Below, piece after piece: positions 1-10,740 of a stretch of DNA of 64,000 bases; positions within the stretch are counted from its first letter, which is position 1; the number at the start of each line of letters is the position of its first letter. The stretch is from Candidatus Dadabacteria bacterium. GTDB lineage: Bacteria > Desulfobacterota_D > UBA1144 > Nemesobacterales > CSP1-2. A program made the position numbers and the translations under genes. The stretch is taken from contig CAWDVW010000005.1 of the NCBI GenBank assembly GCA_963805855.1, positions 704,001 through 768,000 of the forward strand. The letters run 5' to 3'. Under the pieces are notes generated by a model. It ran no database searches and was not told where the DNA came from. It saw only the letters and a program-made list of their open reading frames with translations.

Positions 1-31
1 TCAGATAAGGTTTCGCACATAATCAAGAGAC

Positions 32-988
32 GTGCATAAGACAAAATCTTCTGAATCCAGGTATAAAATCATCTTTATGGGAACCCCTGGATTTGCAGTA
101 CCCACCCTCAGAGCGCTGATTGAATCCGAAAACGATGTCGTCACAGTGGTAACAAAGCCCGACACTCCAAAGGGGAGAGGCAGAAGAGTTATCCCACCAC
201 CGATAAAAACCCTTACAATTGACTACAATATTCCGGTTCTGCAACCCGAAAAAATTAAGACAGAGGAATTCCATAGCGAACTGAAAGAATATGAACCCGA
301 CATGATATGTGTAGCAGCTTATGGGAAGATTCTTCCAAAAAATATATTGGACCTCCCCCCTCATGGTTGCATTAACGTTCACGCTTCGCTCCTACCAAAA
401 TACAGGGGAGCGGCACCTATAAATTGGGCCATTATAAGGGGAGAAGAAATCACGGGCATTACAACAATGATGATGGATGAAGGAATGGATACTGGGGATA
501 TGCTACTTCAAAAAGAGGTAAAAATTGAGGTTGAGGATGACGCGGAATCTCTTTCTGAAAGGCTCTCTATAGTTGGGGCTGAGCTCTTAACAGAGACAAT
601 ACGGCTTCAAAAGCAGGGAAGGCTCCCTCGCATTCCCCAAGATCACTTAAAAGCAACTTATGCACCAATGCTCAAAAAAGAGGACGGAATTATAGACTGG
701 AGAACATCCTCTGAAGAGATAAAAAACCTTATCCGCGGCACCCTACCCTGGCCGGGCGCACACACAACCATCGATGGGAAAAATCTAAAACTCTACAAAG
801 CTGAAGTATCTCATGGTACAGGAAAACCAGGAGAGGTAATCCTGCCTGAATCAGGAATTCTGAGAGTCGCCACGGGAGATGGTTCGATCGATATCACAGA
901 GATTCAGATAGAGGGGGGGAAGAGACTATCTACCCAGGCGTTTTTAAGTGGGCGAAAAATTCCAAGGGGTACTATCTTTGGGAAATAG
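32..988 (+). CDS. fmt: methionyl-tRNA formyltransferase
   Basis: IIFMGTPGFA N-terminus, NVHASLLPKYRGAAPI motif, GMDTGD; GTG start, exact start uncertain. Confidence 0.96.
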   Translation: MHKTKSSESRYKIIFMGTPGFAVPTLRALIESENDVVTVVTKPDTPKGRGRRVIPPPIKTLTIDYNIPVLQPEKIKTEEFHSELKEYEPDMICVAAYGKILPKNILDLPPHGCINVHASLLPKYRGAAPINWAIIRGEEITGITTMMMDEGMDTGDMLLQKEVKIEVEDDAESLSERLSIVGAELLTETIRLQKQGRLPRIPQDHLKATYAPMLKKEDGIIDWRTSSEEIKNLIRGTLPWPGAHTTIDGKNLKLYKAEVSHGTGKPGEVILPESGILRVATGDGSIDITEIQIEGGKRLSTQAFLSGRKIPRGTIFGK

Positions 989-1004
989 AAATAGGAATCC
1001 AAGC

Positions 1005-1095
1005 CTATCGGGACAGGAATGTCCCGACTATCCATGATTAATTCCGTAATCGATAATGATAGGCGGGGTTTTCCTACCCCGCATGGATAAAACAT
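1005..1095. repeat. composite palindromic intergenic repeat (GATAG-ended REP-like pair), copy 1
   Basis: TCGGGACA-GGAA-TGTCCCGA-CTATC then GATAGGCGGGG..CCCCGCATGGATAAAACAT; a diverged second copy lies at 36214-36305. Confidence 0.75.
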
Positions 1096-1105
1096 TTCGC
1101 CTTTA

Positions 1106-1473
1106 CTAAAAACTCAAAACAACATCAAACGACCCGATCTTTACCTTAGAAACGATAGAGTTTTTCCAACATATATCCCTTGCCACACCCTGAATCTCCT
1201 TTGGAACTAAAACCACAAGTTGTACACCGAGCTGTGACATCTCTTTCCACTGACCGAGCTCTGTCTCATTAACAGTGTCCTTTGTCTCAACCTCTATTAT
1301 CAAGACGATTTGTCCATAATTCACACACACAGCGTCGGGATAATGTCCTTTACCTCGTAATTCTGCTCGTCTCCAGGATTTATGTGGACTTCTTTATAAA
1401 TCCTCGAATACTTTTCCTGCAACTTTCTTATCACCCAATCGTGAAGAAATTGTTCATCAGCCGTCCGATCCAT
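1106..1473 (-). pseudogene. about 122-aa hypothetical protein, PD-(D/E)xK-like motifs, split by a 1-nt frameshift near 1350
   Basis: ATG at 1473 directly after the nadK stop reads MDRTADEQFLHDWV..NYEVK; the -1 frame continues GHYPDAVCVNYGQIVLIIEVET..LSF; may be an assembly indel. Confidence 0.65.
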
Positions 1474-1474
1474 A

Positions 1475-2323
1475 TCATTTTCCCCACATGAGCTTTGTCT
1501 TAAGAATAGTAAAATAATCCCTGAAAGGAGACCTGATCAACCTAACAGAGTTACCTGACTTTTTAACCTCTATCTCATCACCTAATTCTAAGTTGACTCC
1601 TACCTGACCATCAAGCGTGAGGTATATATCGGATGTTTCTGTGAGAACCTTCACCTTTATTGTCGATTCATTTGAAACGACAAGAGGCCTGTTTGTAAGC
1701 ATATGCGGAGAAATGGGAGTAATTATAGTTAAGGGTAACGTCGGATACACGATTGGTCCCCCAGCAGAGAGTGAGTAGGCTGTAGAGCCGGTGGGAGTGG
1801 ATAGAATTAACCCGTCCGCCCTGTACGAAGTCACACTGGAACCATTTATATACATTTCGAGATCTATTACTCGTGCAATTACCCCTTTGCAAATTACGAC
1901 ATCGTTCAGGACGAAATAGTCTCCGATCCTATTTGAATTTCTATGGATAACAGCCGATAGCATTTCCCTTTTTTCTGTAGCGTATTCTCCTTTAGTAATA
2001 CTCTCAACCACCGGATAGAGTTCATCGATCGTTATCTCTGTGAGAAAGCCCAAGCCCCCGAGATTGACACCTAGTATAGGTATATTGCTTTTGCAAACTA
2101 GACGTGCGACATCGAGAAACGTTCCATCACCCCCAAAGACCAAAACAACATCTGAAACCTCAGGAAGGACACTACGGGGTACGGAATTCGGGTGATCAAT
2201 TTTTTTACCTATCTCTTCTTCAACATAGACGTCAACCCCTCTTCTGGCAAGCCACTTGCTTAGCTCACCCGCGATCTCGAACACCTCTTTTTTATTTGTT
2301 TTTCCTATTATACCGACTCTCAA
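1475..2323 (-). CDS. nadK: NAD(+) kinase
   Basis: GGDGT, GVNLGGLGFL, LND, DGLILSTPTGSTAYSLSAGGP motifs. Confidence 0.96.
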   Translation of the reverse strand: MRVGIIGKTNKKEVFEIAGELSKWLARRGVDVYVEEEIGKKIDHPNSVPRSVLPEVSDVVLVFGGDGTFLDVARLVCKSNIPILGVNLGGLGFLTEITIDELYPVVESITKGEYATEKREMLSAVIHRNSNRIGDYFVLNDVVICKGVIARVIDLEMYINGSSVTSYRADGLILSTPTGSTAYSLSAGGPIVYPTLPLTIITPISPHMLTNRPLVVSNESTIKVKVLTETSDIYLTLDGQVGVNLELGDEIEVKKSGNSVRLIRSPFRDYFTILKTKLMWGK

Positions 2324-2428
2324 TCAAATCTCCCTTCTCTCTGATACTTCACGTGCTAAAAGAAATTTTCATAAATCGATATAAAATACTTGAGAGACTC
2401 AGGAATCAAAGCAAATGGCTCTTAAGGC

Positions 2429-3563
2429 CTAACGACTCGTATTGCCAATAATTTTATTTCCACCGTCTCTTGAGGAGAAGACTAGATATCGTTTAATAAA
2501 CTCATTCAAATCACCATCCAGGACGGGTTCAACATTTCCGGTTTCATATTCGGTTCGATGATCTTTTATCATCCTATATGGATGTAGCACATAAGACCTG
2601 ATTTGACTACCCCACCCTATTTCCTTCTTTGTCGAGTGGAGCTCTTCAAGCTTTACTCTTTGTTTTTCTTTCTCAAGCTCATAAAGTCTCGCACGGAGTA
2701 TCCTTAAAGCATTAGCCCGATTTTGATGTTGAGAGCGTTCATTCTGACAACTGACCACCACTCCGGTGGGAATGTGGGTAATTCGAACAGCCGAATCTGT
2801 TTTGTTCACGTGCTGACCACCCGCACCGCTGGCACGAAACGTGTCGACCCTCAAGTCGCCTTCGTCAATTTCAAGTTCGATAGTGTCATCAATCTCCGGA
2901 GAAACGAAGACCGAAGAGAATGATGTGTGCCTTCTCTTATTTGAGTCAAAGGGCGATATCCGAACTAGACGATGCACCCCGCTTTCACCTTTCAAATATC
3001 CATATGCATATGGCCCCTTCACAACAAATGTCGCACTTTTAATTCCAGCTTCCTCTCCCTCCTGCATGTCCAGCATCTGCACCTCGAAACCCTTTCTTTC
3101 CGTATACCTTAAGTACATCCTGAGAAGCATTTCAGACCAATCCTGCGCTTCGGTTCCTCCTGCGCCCGAATTGATGGAAACAATTGCATTTCTCTCATCA
3201 TCAGAATCTCCGAGTATCCGCTTAAACTCCAAATCCTCCACCTTTTTCTCAATCCTAGATAACTTGTCCCTGGCTTCCTCTGCCGCTTCTTCATCTCCCT
3301 CTTCAATAGAAAGCTCCGTTAACACCTCTGCATCCTCAAACTCACGCTTTAGATGCTCAAATTCATCTATAATCCCCTTGGTCAGAGACTGTTCCCTGAC
3401 ATATTGTTGTGCCGTCTCCGGATCATCCCAGAATTTGGGCTGCGATATTATTTTATCTAATTCAGCTAGACGCGATTTTTTGCCAGGCAGGTCAAACAAA
3501 ACCCCTTAATTCGCTTATTCTATTCTTAAGATTCTTTATCTTCTCACTACTTTCCGTCAACAT
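2429..3563 (-). CDS. prfB: peptide chain release factor 2, with programmed +1 frameshift after codon 23
   Basis: SPF and GGQ motifs; SD GGAGG + ATG at 3563 gives a 23-codon ORF ending AGGGGT-TTT-GTT-TGA-C; the +1 frame continues DLPGKK. Confidence 0.95.
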
Positions 3564-3680
3564 GTCTAAACCTCCATTCTACAAATATATATCTCCTCTC
3601 CTAAACTTTCAATGATGTTGAATTATAGCAAATTTTGGGTAAATTCTTAAATTCATTCTTAAAATAGCGGAGAACATAAG

Positions 3681-4838
3681 GTGAAAACATATCTCTTTAC
3701 ACCGGGCCCGGTCCCAGTTCCAGAAGAAGTCCTTGCTGAAATGTCAAAGCCAATAATACATCACAGGACAGATGAATTCGAAAACATATTTGCAGAAATC
3801 CGTGAGGGGCTTCGATACATTTTTGGAACCAAGCAAGAGGTCTTTATTTTAGCGTCCTCCGGAACGGGCTCCATGGAAGCAGCAGTGGCAAACACCCTCT
3901 CAATTGGCGATAAGGTTCTCGTTGTAAACGGAGGCAAATTCGGTGAGAGATGGGGGAAGATATGCCGGGCGTACGGCTTAGTCGTAGAAGAATTGTTTGT
4001 CGATTGGGGCGAGGCAGTCGATCCGGAGAAAGTAAGTGATGCGCTTAAAAGCGATCGCTCAATTCGGGCCGTCTTAATCCAGGCGAGCGAAACCTCAACT
4101 GGTGTAAAGCACCCAACCGATGAAATTGCGCAGATAACTCGAGAAAGGGACGATGTAATACTGATTGTCGACGGCATAACAGCAGTAGGTGTATTTCCCC
4201 TCCCGTTTGACGATACCGGGATAGATGTGCTTGTTGGAGGATCTCAAAAGGCCTTCATGCTCCCACCAGGACTCGCTTTTGCAACAATGAGTGAGAAGGC
4301 ATGGGAATTTTACGGAAGATCTAGCCTCCCAAAGTTTTATTTTGACTTCAAAAGCTATCTAAGCAATGCGAATAAGAATACTACGCCCTGGACCCCGGCA
4401 ATCACGCTGATAATAGGACTTGCCATAGTCCTAAGAAACTTTAAAGAAGAAGGGCTCGAAAAAATTTACAACCGACACGCAAACCTCGCACTTGCGACAA
4501 GGGAGGCAATGAAGGCTATCGGTCTAGATCTATATGCCAAACACTCCCCGAGCCCGGCCCTCACAGCCGTTATTGCTCCCGAGGAGATTGGTGCGGGCAA
4601 GGTAATAAATGGGCTTAGGCAAAAATTCGGCATGACGGTTGCAGGAGGACAGGATCAGGCAAAGGGAAAGATATTCAGGATTTCACATATCGGTTTCATA
4701 GATAAAGCAGCTACAATTGCCGTGATATCTGCGGTAGAGTCGGTCCTAAAGGATCTTGGATACGAATTCGTTTTTGGAAAAGGGCTTACAAAAGCAGCTG
4801 AAATCCTGTCAATGGACTCAACTTCTCTACAAAAATAG
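3681..4838 (+). CDS. class V PLP aminotransferase (serine-pyruvate/alanine-glyoxylate family)
   Basis: LFTPGP, SGTG, ETSTGV, GSQKAFMLPPG (PLP lysine), FRISH. Confidence 0.9.
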   Translation: MKTYLFTPGPVPVPEEVLAEMSKPIIHHRTDEFENIFAEIREGLRYIFGTKQEVFILASSGTGSMEAAVANTLSIGDKVLVVNGGKFGERWGKICRAYGLVVEELFVDWGEAVDPEKVSDALKSDRSIRAVLIQASETSTGVKHPTDEIAQITRERDDVILIVDGITAVGVFPLPFDDTGIDVLVGGSQKAFMLPPGLAFATMSEKAWEFYGRSSLPKFYFDFKSYLSNANKNTTPWTPAITLIIGLAIVLRNFKEEGLEKIYNRHANLALATREAMKAIGLDLYAKHSPSPALTAVIAPEEIGAGKVINGLRQKFGMTVAGGQDQAKGKIFRISHIGFIDKAATIAVISAVESVLKDLGYEFVFGKGLTKAAEILSMDSTSLQK

Positions 4839-4896
4839 GATTTAAACTTTTACCAGAGGAAAATTTTTGATGACGAGCGGCCATTGCCGTACAATG

Positions 4897-5811
4897 CTAT
4901 GTTCTCGTCTCATAACAACTGAGACCTATTGGCTCGCATTCCGTCGTCTCGACCTGTAGCGTCACATGGCTGATTCGAAACTTTTCAAATAACACCTTCT
5001 TCAACTCACTGACAAGGTCTTCTGACAACTGCATATCTTCAATGACCAAGTGCGCACTCAAAGCTTCAAAACCCTGAGTTAACGTCCAGGCATGGAGATC
5101 ATGCACACCAAGAACACCCCTGTGAGAGCGGATTGTGTCTTCAACCGACTTTAGTTCTATACCCTTTGGCGTTCCCTCAAGAAGAATATGTATCGAATCC
5201 CAAAATAAACCCCAGGCACCCCTAATTATCAATATCGAAATTATGATACTAATGATTGAATCCGCATAATACCAATTAGTCACAAGTATGATAAGCCCGG
5301 CAATTAAAGTGCCTAAAGAACCTAAGGCATCACTTATAACGTGATAAAATGCACCGCGTATGTTCAGGTTTTCACTCTGGTACTTCGACAAAACAAAGGC
5401 CCCGATCAGATTAATCAACAGCCCAAAAACTGCTACCACGGTCATCATAAGGCTCTTAACTTCCCTAGGCGCCAGTAGCCTGTCATAGGCTTCCAATATG
5501 ATTACTATAGATAATACAAATAACAGCATACTATTGAAGAACGCAGCGAGAATTTCAGCCCTGTAAAAGCCAAACGTTTTTACAGATGTCGGAGGTTTCA
5601 ATGAGAACCAGATTGCTAAAAGGGCAATAGAAATTGAGAAAGCATCCGTAAACATATGCACTGCATCAGAGAGAAGCGCCAAGCTACCCGTGTAAAAGCC
5701 GGCCACTATCTCTACGATCATAAAACTTACCGTAAGGCAGAGGACAACCACTAGGGCCTTTTTCTCTTTGAAGTCTCTAACGTTGTGATGAGAATGGTTT
5801 TCAGGTCCCAT
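4897..5811 (-). CDS. cation diffusion facilitator (Zn/Co/Cd efflux, CzcD/ZitB-like)
   Basis: SLALLSDAVHMFTD, HVISD, VHDLHAW, HVTLQVE; His-rich N-terminus. Confidence 0.92.
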   Translation of the reverse strand: MGPENHSHHNVRDFKEKKALVVVLCLTVSFMIVEIVAGFYTGSLALLSDAVHMFTDAFSISIALLAIWFSLKPPTSVKTFGFYRAEILAAFFNSMLLFVLSIVIILEAYDRLLAPREVKSLMMTVVAVFGLLINLIGAFVLSKYQSENLNIRGAFYHVISDALGSLGTLIAGLIILVTNWYYADSIISIIISILIIRGAWGLFWDSIHILLEGTPKGIELKSVEDTIRSHRGVLGVHDLHAWTLTQGFEALSAHLVIEDMQLSEDLVSELKKVLFEKFRISHVTLQVETTECEPIGLSCYETRT

Positions 5812-5819
5812 TTCAATTA

Positions 5820-5848
5820 ACAATACATATGATAAATATAAGAGTCAA
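5820..5848 (-). promoter_or_regulatory. sigma70-type promoter directly upstream of the CDF start codon
   Basis: TTGACT-N17-TATTGT, 8 nt before ATG 5811; no SD. Confidence 0.55.
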
Positions 5849-6092
5849 AAACCTCCTGAGGCCACTGTATTTATTATATTATCATGATCTCGTCGGGGAA
5901 TTTATCACTCTAAATACCAAATTTCAAATAGTGACACTCCCGAAGAATCGATAACTCCAGTAGGTTCTGATCAATTCGAGAGGCTTTGATCGTACCCAAA
6001 AAATGCTAATCGATTTAATGCGCCATGAGAACATGACCTATCGGAAAGTCCAACGGATAAACAGATTCTTATATGAACTCAGCTACAAATTA

Positions 6093-7724
6093 CTATATTG
6101 GAGATATCAATGCTCCAAACTTTTCCATTATCTTCAGGTTTTCCCTGTAATCAACCGGACAATCAATCACTACCGGTCTATCTTTGGAAAAGGCCTCTTC
6201 CAAAACTGGTTTAAGCTCGTCTGTCGATCCAATCTTATACCCATAGGCACCAAAACTCTCAGCGAATTTGACAAAATCGGGATTACCAAAGTTTACGTGT
6301 GATGTTCTTCCAAAAGAGATGTGCTGCTTAATCTCAATCAAACTGTAACTTTTATCGTGGAAGATCAAACTAACTACCGGAATATTCTCCCTGACCGCCG
6401 TTTCCAATTCCTGACAGTTCATCATAAACCCACCATCACCGGTAACTGTTACCACCTTCCGATGGGGGTAGAGAAGTTTTGCAGCTATAGCGCCCGGCAA
6501 TCCTATGCCCATGGTCGCAAATCCATTTGAGATAATACAAGTGTTGGGTTTATAACAGGGATAAATCCTTGCGACCCAGAGTTTATGCGCGCCGACATCG
6601 GAGACTACAATGTCGTGCTCTCCCATAATGTCTCTTAAGTCCGCTAAGATCTTTTGAGGCTTTGGCGGATACGCTCTGTCGTCTTTATACCTCTCATACT
6701 CACTTAAAATTGCCTTTCTGAGTTGAATTGAATAGTCAGCCTCCGTCGGCGTAGCCCTACCGGCAACCTCTCTCAGGGAAATAGAGATGTCCCCAACAAC
6801 ACCTACGCTAACTATGTAATGGGAATCAACCTCGGCGGGAGACATGTCTACATGAACTATCTTTTTGTCCCTTTTTGGGTTCCATTTCGCCGGCGGATAC
6901 TCAACTATATCATAACCGACTGTAATTATGACATCAGCCTTTGCAAGGCCGGAAGCGATATAATCGCCGGCTTGAAGGCCCACCGTATATAACGAAAGCT
7001 CATGATTATCCGAAAGTGCACCCTTACCCATGAAGGTGTGGGCCACAGGTATATTTAATTTTTCAGCAAAGTACCGAAGCTCCTGTGAAGCATTCCCCCT
7101 TATCACCCCATTTCCCGCTAAGACCATAGGATACTTGGCCTCTGAGATTATGCTGGCCGCCCTTTCAACCTTATCTGACCTCGGATGCGGCTTTGATGGA
7201 AATTGAACAAAGAGCGGACTCTCATTCACTTCCATGTCTGCTACATCTTCGGGGAAATCGATATGAACGGCACCCGGCTTTTCTGTCTGGCAGACCTTAA
7301 AAGCCTTCCTCACCGCTTCGGGAATAATCTCAGGGATCTTAATTTGCGTATTCCATTTTGTTATCGGAGCAAAAATCCCGACAATATCTATGTACTGGTG
7401 AGACTCCTTATGCATTCTATCCAGGGACGCCTGGCCCGTTATCGCTACAAGGGGGGCCCTGTCCATATTTGCGTCTGCTACTCCGGTGATAAGGTTAGTT
7501 GCGCCCGGGCCAAGGGTCGAAAGACAGACCCCCGCCTTCCCACTGAGACGACCATACACATCGGCCATGAAGGCTGCACCCTGTTCGTGGCGTGTCAATA
7601 TGAACCGAATCTTCGAATCTAGGAGGGCATCCATGATCGCGATATTTTCCTCGCCAGGAAGACCGAACATATGATTCACATTATCGCTCTCCAAGCATTT
7701 TACGAGTAATTCGGCTGCTCTCAT
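6093..7724 (-). CDS. acetolactate synthase large subunit-like ThDP enzyme
   Basis: FGLPGEE, RHEQGAAFMA, GPGATN, GDGGF..(N/D) ThDP motif; alternative GTG start at 7733. Confidence 0.88.
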   Translation of the reverse strand: MRAAELLVKCLESDNVNHMFGLPGEENIAIMDALLDSKIRFILTRHEQGAAFMADVYGRLSGKAGVCLSTLGPGATNLITGVADANMDRAPLVAITGQASLDRMHKESHQYIDIVGIFAPITKWNTQIKIPEIIPEAVRKAFKVCQTEKPGAVHIDFPEDVADMEVNESPLFVQFPSKPHPRSDKVERAASIISEAKYPMVLAGNGVIRGNASQELRYFAEKLNIPVAHTFMGKGALSDNHELSLYTVGLQAGDYIASGLAKADVIITVGYDIVEYPPAKWNPKRDKKIVHVDMSPAEVDSHYIVSVGVVGDISISLREVAGRATPTEADYSIQLRKAILSEYERYKDDRAYPPKPQKILADLRDIMGEHDIVVSDVGAHKLWVARIYPCYKPNTCIISNGFATMGIGLPGAIAAKLLYPHRKVVTVTGDGGFMMNCQELETAVRENIPVVSLIFHDKSYSLIEIKQHISFGRTSHVNFGNPDFVKFAESFGAYGYKIGSTDELKPVLEEAFSKDRPVVIDCPVDYRENLKIMEKFGALISPI

Positions 7725-7781
7725 CAATTTCACCTTTAGTAATTTGGATATACTACATCCTAGATTTCAATCAAACAGCAA

Positions 7782-8078
7782 TCATTGAGTATCTGTATTC
7801 TTGAAATGCTTCAGAACCAGTGGATCCTTATCCAATTCTGAAATTAGATATCCGACCTCATACTGATCGCCACGATTCCAATACAGCCTGATCCCCTGCG
7901 GCGTTACCAGATAAGAACCCTCCATCTTTGTACCATCCGGAAGTTTAACCTGAAACACTGGATATCCGACGGTACCGCCGCCGATATTAACAATTCTTCT
8001 TTCATCCCTGAGCTTAAGTACACCATATGCCAAATCCCAGATTTTCGGAAATACCTGCCCCTTCACTTCAATTATCAT
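7782..8078 (-). CDS. hypothetical protein (98 aa)
   Basis: ORF co-oriented with neighbours, protein-like composition. Confidence 0.65.
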   Translation of the reverse strand: MIIEVKGQVFPKIWDLAYGVLKLRDERRIVNIGGGTVGYPVFQVKLPDGTKMEGSYLVTPQGIRLYWNRGDQYEVGYLISELDKDPLVLKHFKNTDTQ

Positions 8079-8118
8079 AACAAACCTGCTTCGGGATATA
8101 TAGTTTTCTGATCAAGCA

Positions 8119-8460
8119 TCAATCTAAAACCTCAATCCTTGTGATCATTCCTATGCAAGTTAAAAGCATATCTAAGCCTTTATCCCTGTCGTAGAGATAG
8201 AGTTCAGTTAAAATAGCTCCGCAACCCGAACATTGAATCTCCTCATGGTACCAAGCGTGACATTTTTCGCAAAACATACCCTTCTCTTCATACCAGCGGA
8301 GATGAGAATATAAGAGTTCGTTCAAACCCCTCTTACCCAACGAGTCTGCCCAATAGCTTATGTCTTCTATGACTACATCGCGGAATTTATCTGGAACTTC
8401 AGTAAGATCTCCCGAATAAATCTCCTTTTCGCCGATATAAATCCTAAATAGAGAACCCAT
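8119..8460 (-). CDS. hypothetical protein with putative zinc ribbon
   Basis: CEKC..CSGC pair. Confidence 0.7.
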   Translation of the reverse strand: MGSLFRIYIGEKEIYSGDLTEVPDKFRDVVIEDISYWADSLGKRGLNELLYSHLRWYEEKGMFCEKCHAWYHEEIQCSGCGAILTELYLYDRDKGLDMLLTCIGMITRIEVLD

Positions 8461-8539
8461 TTTTTGAGACTTAGAATTATACCCCTTGTATTATAAATTT
8501 CACGGGGCTTAAATACTTTTTTAAAGATTGCAGATTCCT

Positions 8540-9610
8540 CTAGACCCTTGACACCTTCGACATAAGCAGATGGTCGACTAAAACGAGATTTACCATTGCT
8601 TCGGCAATAGGAACTGCCCTAGGGCACAGACAGGGATCATGTCTACCCTTGACCACTAAATCCTTCTCATCTCCAAATTTGTCTACCGTCTTCTGTACTT
8701 TCGGAATTGAAGAAGTTGGTTTTATCGCAATCCGAACAATTAAATCCTCAGCCGTTGTAATACCGCCGAGTAATCCACCAGCATTGTTGGTCTTAAACCT
8801 TAGCTTCCCCGTGTCATCCTTATACATCAAATCATTAACCTCAGACCCCTTTCGCCTTGCAGCTTCAAACCCTAAACCGACTTCAAAACCCCTTATGCCT
8901 CCGATACTCATTAATGCCCCGGCGAGATCGGCCTCCATCTTGTTGAAAACAGGGCTCCCCAGCCCTGCTGGCACCCCCTTTGACACAACCTCGACTAAGC
9001 CGCCGATAGAATCACCTTCTCTTCTCACATCCTCTATAAGCTCTATCATCTTTTTTGCAACTTCTGGATCAGGGCATCTCACAGGGTTATTCTCAATTTC
9101 CTCAAGATCGACATTTAAGGCAACAATATCACCTACCCGCTTGACGTAACCATACGTTCTTATACCATGGATACCCAGTATCTTTTTTGCGATTGCGGCA
9201 GCGGCCACACGACCAACCGTTTCTCTTGCTGACGACCTTCCACCCCCTCTGTAATCCCTTATCCCGTACTTGGTTTCATAGGTAAAATCCGCATGTCCCG
9301 GACGATAAGTGTCCTTTATGTCTTCGTAAGATTTCGAGATCACATCAGCGTTTTGAATCATCAGAGAGATTGGTGTGCCTAATGTTTTCCCATCAAAGAT
9401 TCCAGAAAGGATCTCAACCCTATCGGGTTCCTTTCGTTGAGTTGTTATCCGGCTTTGTCCCGGCCGCCTCCTATCGAGCTCGCCCTGGATATCATCCTCG
9501 GAGATATCTAGTCCTGCCGGGCATCCATCTATAACTACCCCAAGGGCTGGGCCATGTGACTCCCCCCAGGTAGTAATACGGAAAAGATTTCCAAATGAAT
9601 TTCCCGGCAT
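8540..9610 (-). CDS. aroC: chorismate synthase
   Basis: GESHG, RPGHAD, RSSARET, KPTSS, GRHDPC. Confidence 0.97.
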   Translation of the reverse strand: MPGNSFGNLFRITTWGESHGPALGVVIDGCPAGLDISEDDIQGELDRRRPGQSRITTQRKEPDRVEILSGIFDGKTLGTPISLMIQNADVISKSYEDIKDTYRPGHADFTYETKYGIRDYRGGGRSSARETVGRVAAAAIAKKILGIHGIRTYGYVKRVGDIVALNVDLEEIENNPVRCPDPEVAKKMIELIEDVRREGDSIGGLVEVVSKGVPAGLGSPVFNKMEADLAGALMSIGGIRGFEVGLGFEAARRKGSEVNDLMYKDDTGKLRFKTNNAGGLLGGITTAEDLIVRIAIKPTSSIPKVQKTVDKFGDEKDLVVKGRHDPCLCPRAVPIAEAMVNLVLVDHLLMSKVSRV

Positions 9611-9616
9611 GTGAAA

Positions 9617-9645
9617 ATGTTATATGACTTGGGTTTTTGTTTCAA
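9617..9645 (-). promoter_or_regulatory. sigma70-type promoter, predicted leaderless aroC mRNA
   Basis: TTGAAA-N17-TAACAT, 6 nt before ATG; no SD. Confidence 0.5.
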
Positions 9646-9660
9646 ACACTATCAAATTAT

Positions 9661-10650
9661 CTAATTATCCAGATACCCATTTTCCCTGAACCACAACACT
9701 GTCTTCCTTATAGTTTCCTCTATGGGCGACTGCGAATATCCAAGCTCTTTTATTGCCTTTGAACTATCGCAGTACCAAACATACTTCGATAATTTAACCG
9801 AATCGATGTCCATCGAAGAAAAATTTGGGAAAGATAGACCTAGGATCCTCTCGACTACAAAACCCGAAGTATATGCGATAAAATACGGAATCTTAAATCG
9901 AGGACCCGATATACCGGTAACCTCCTCCAAAAGCTGGAAAAGCTCTTTAAGGGTCACATTCCTATTGCCCAGTATATAACGTTCTCCAATCCGCCCTTTT
10001 TCAGCAGCGAGCAGATGCCCGTCGGCTACGTCGTCTACATCAACCAAATTCATCGTGCCTTCCATATACCCGGGGAATTTTTTCTTACAGAACCAGAGTA
10101 TAAAACCGGTGCTCGACAAATAAATATCGCCGGGTCCGATGACCACCGAAGGGTTTACAATTACCAAAGGCAACCCTTTTTCGCAGATCTTCAAAGCCTC
10201 TTTTTCAGCATGATATTTCGTGTTTAAATATTGGATACCTTCATCTTCAAGGGTAAATTCCGTCTGCTCATTTGCGATACCGCGATCCGGATCAGGTCCA
10301 ACGGCAGCTACGCTGCTGGTATATACGGCTTTTTTGACACCAGCTTCCAGGGCTGCTGAAAGTGCATTAATAGTTCCTTTAACATTAACATCCTTCATCT
10401 TCATGTAATCGGACTTACGAAATGAAACAAAACCAGCTGTATGATAGATGGTATCGCAACCCTCTAAAGCCGCCTTTATTGAGTCCTTTTCCATCACATC
10501 CCCATAAACACGTTCAACATCCAAGCCTTCAATGTTTATGGTCTTGCTAGTCTTTCTCAATAGGACCCTTACCTTTTCACCCCTTTCCACAAGTTTTCTA
10601 ACAACATGTGATCCTATAAACCCTGTCGCACCGGTAACCAAGGTAGCCAT
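9661..10650 (-). CDS. extended SDR NAD-dependent epimerase/dehydratase (HpnA/dihydroflavonol reductase-like)
   Basis: TGATGFIG, YTSS, YxxxK (YLNTK), GERYILG. Confidence 0.88.
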   Translation of the reverse strand: MATLVTGATGFIGSHVVRKLVERGEKVRVLLRKTSKTINIEGLDVERVYGDVMEKDSIKAALEGCDTIYHTAGFVSFRKSDYMKMKDVNVKGTINALSAALEAGVKKAVYTSSVAAVGPDPDRGIANEQTEFTLEDEGIQYLNTKYHAEKEALKICEKGLPLVIVNPSVVIGPGDIYLSSTGFILWFCKKKFPGYMEGTMNLVDVDDVADGHLLAAEKGRIGERYILGNRNVTLKELFQLLEEVTGISGPRFKIPYFIAYTSGFVVERILGLSFPNFSSMDIDSVKLSKYVWYCDSSKAIKELGYSQSPIEETIRKTVLWFRENGYLDN

Positions 10651-10740
10651 ATGTTGCCTCCTTTAAGCTAATAATCTTACTGGAAGAGAGTCTATTATAA
10701 TACAAATAATGTAAGATATGAATTCAATACACATCTTTCA

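Noticed and set aside
1321-1477. Selenocysteine or stop read-through at the TGA codons ending nadK and the next ORF
   Set aside because: No SECIS-like hairpin evident; nadK is full length; the downstream coding continuation needs a frame change, not read-through
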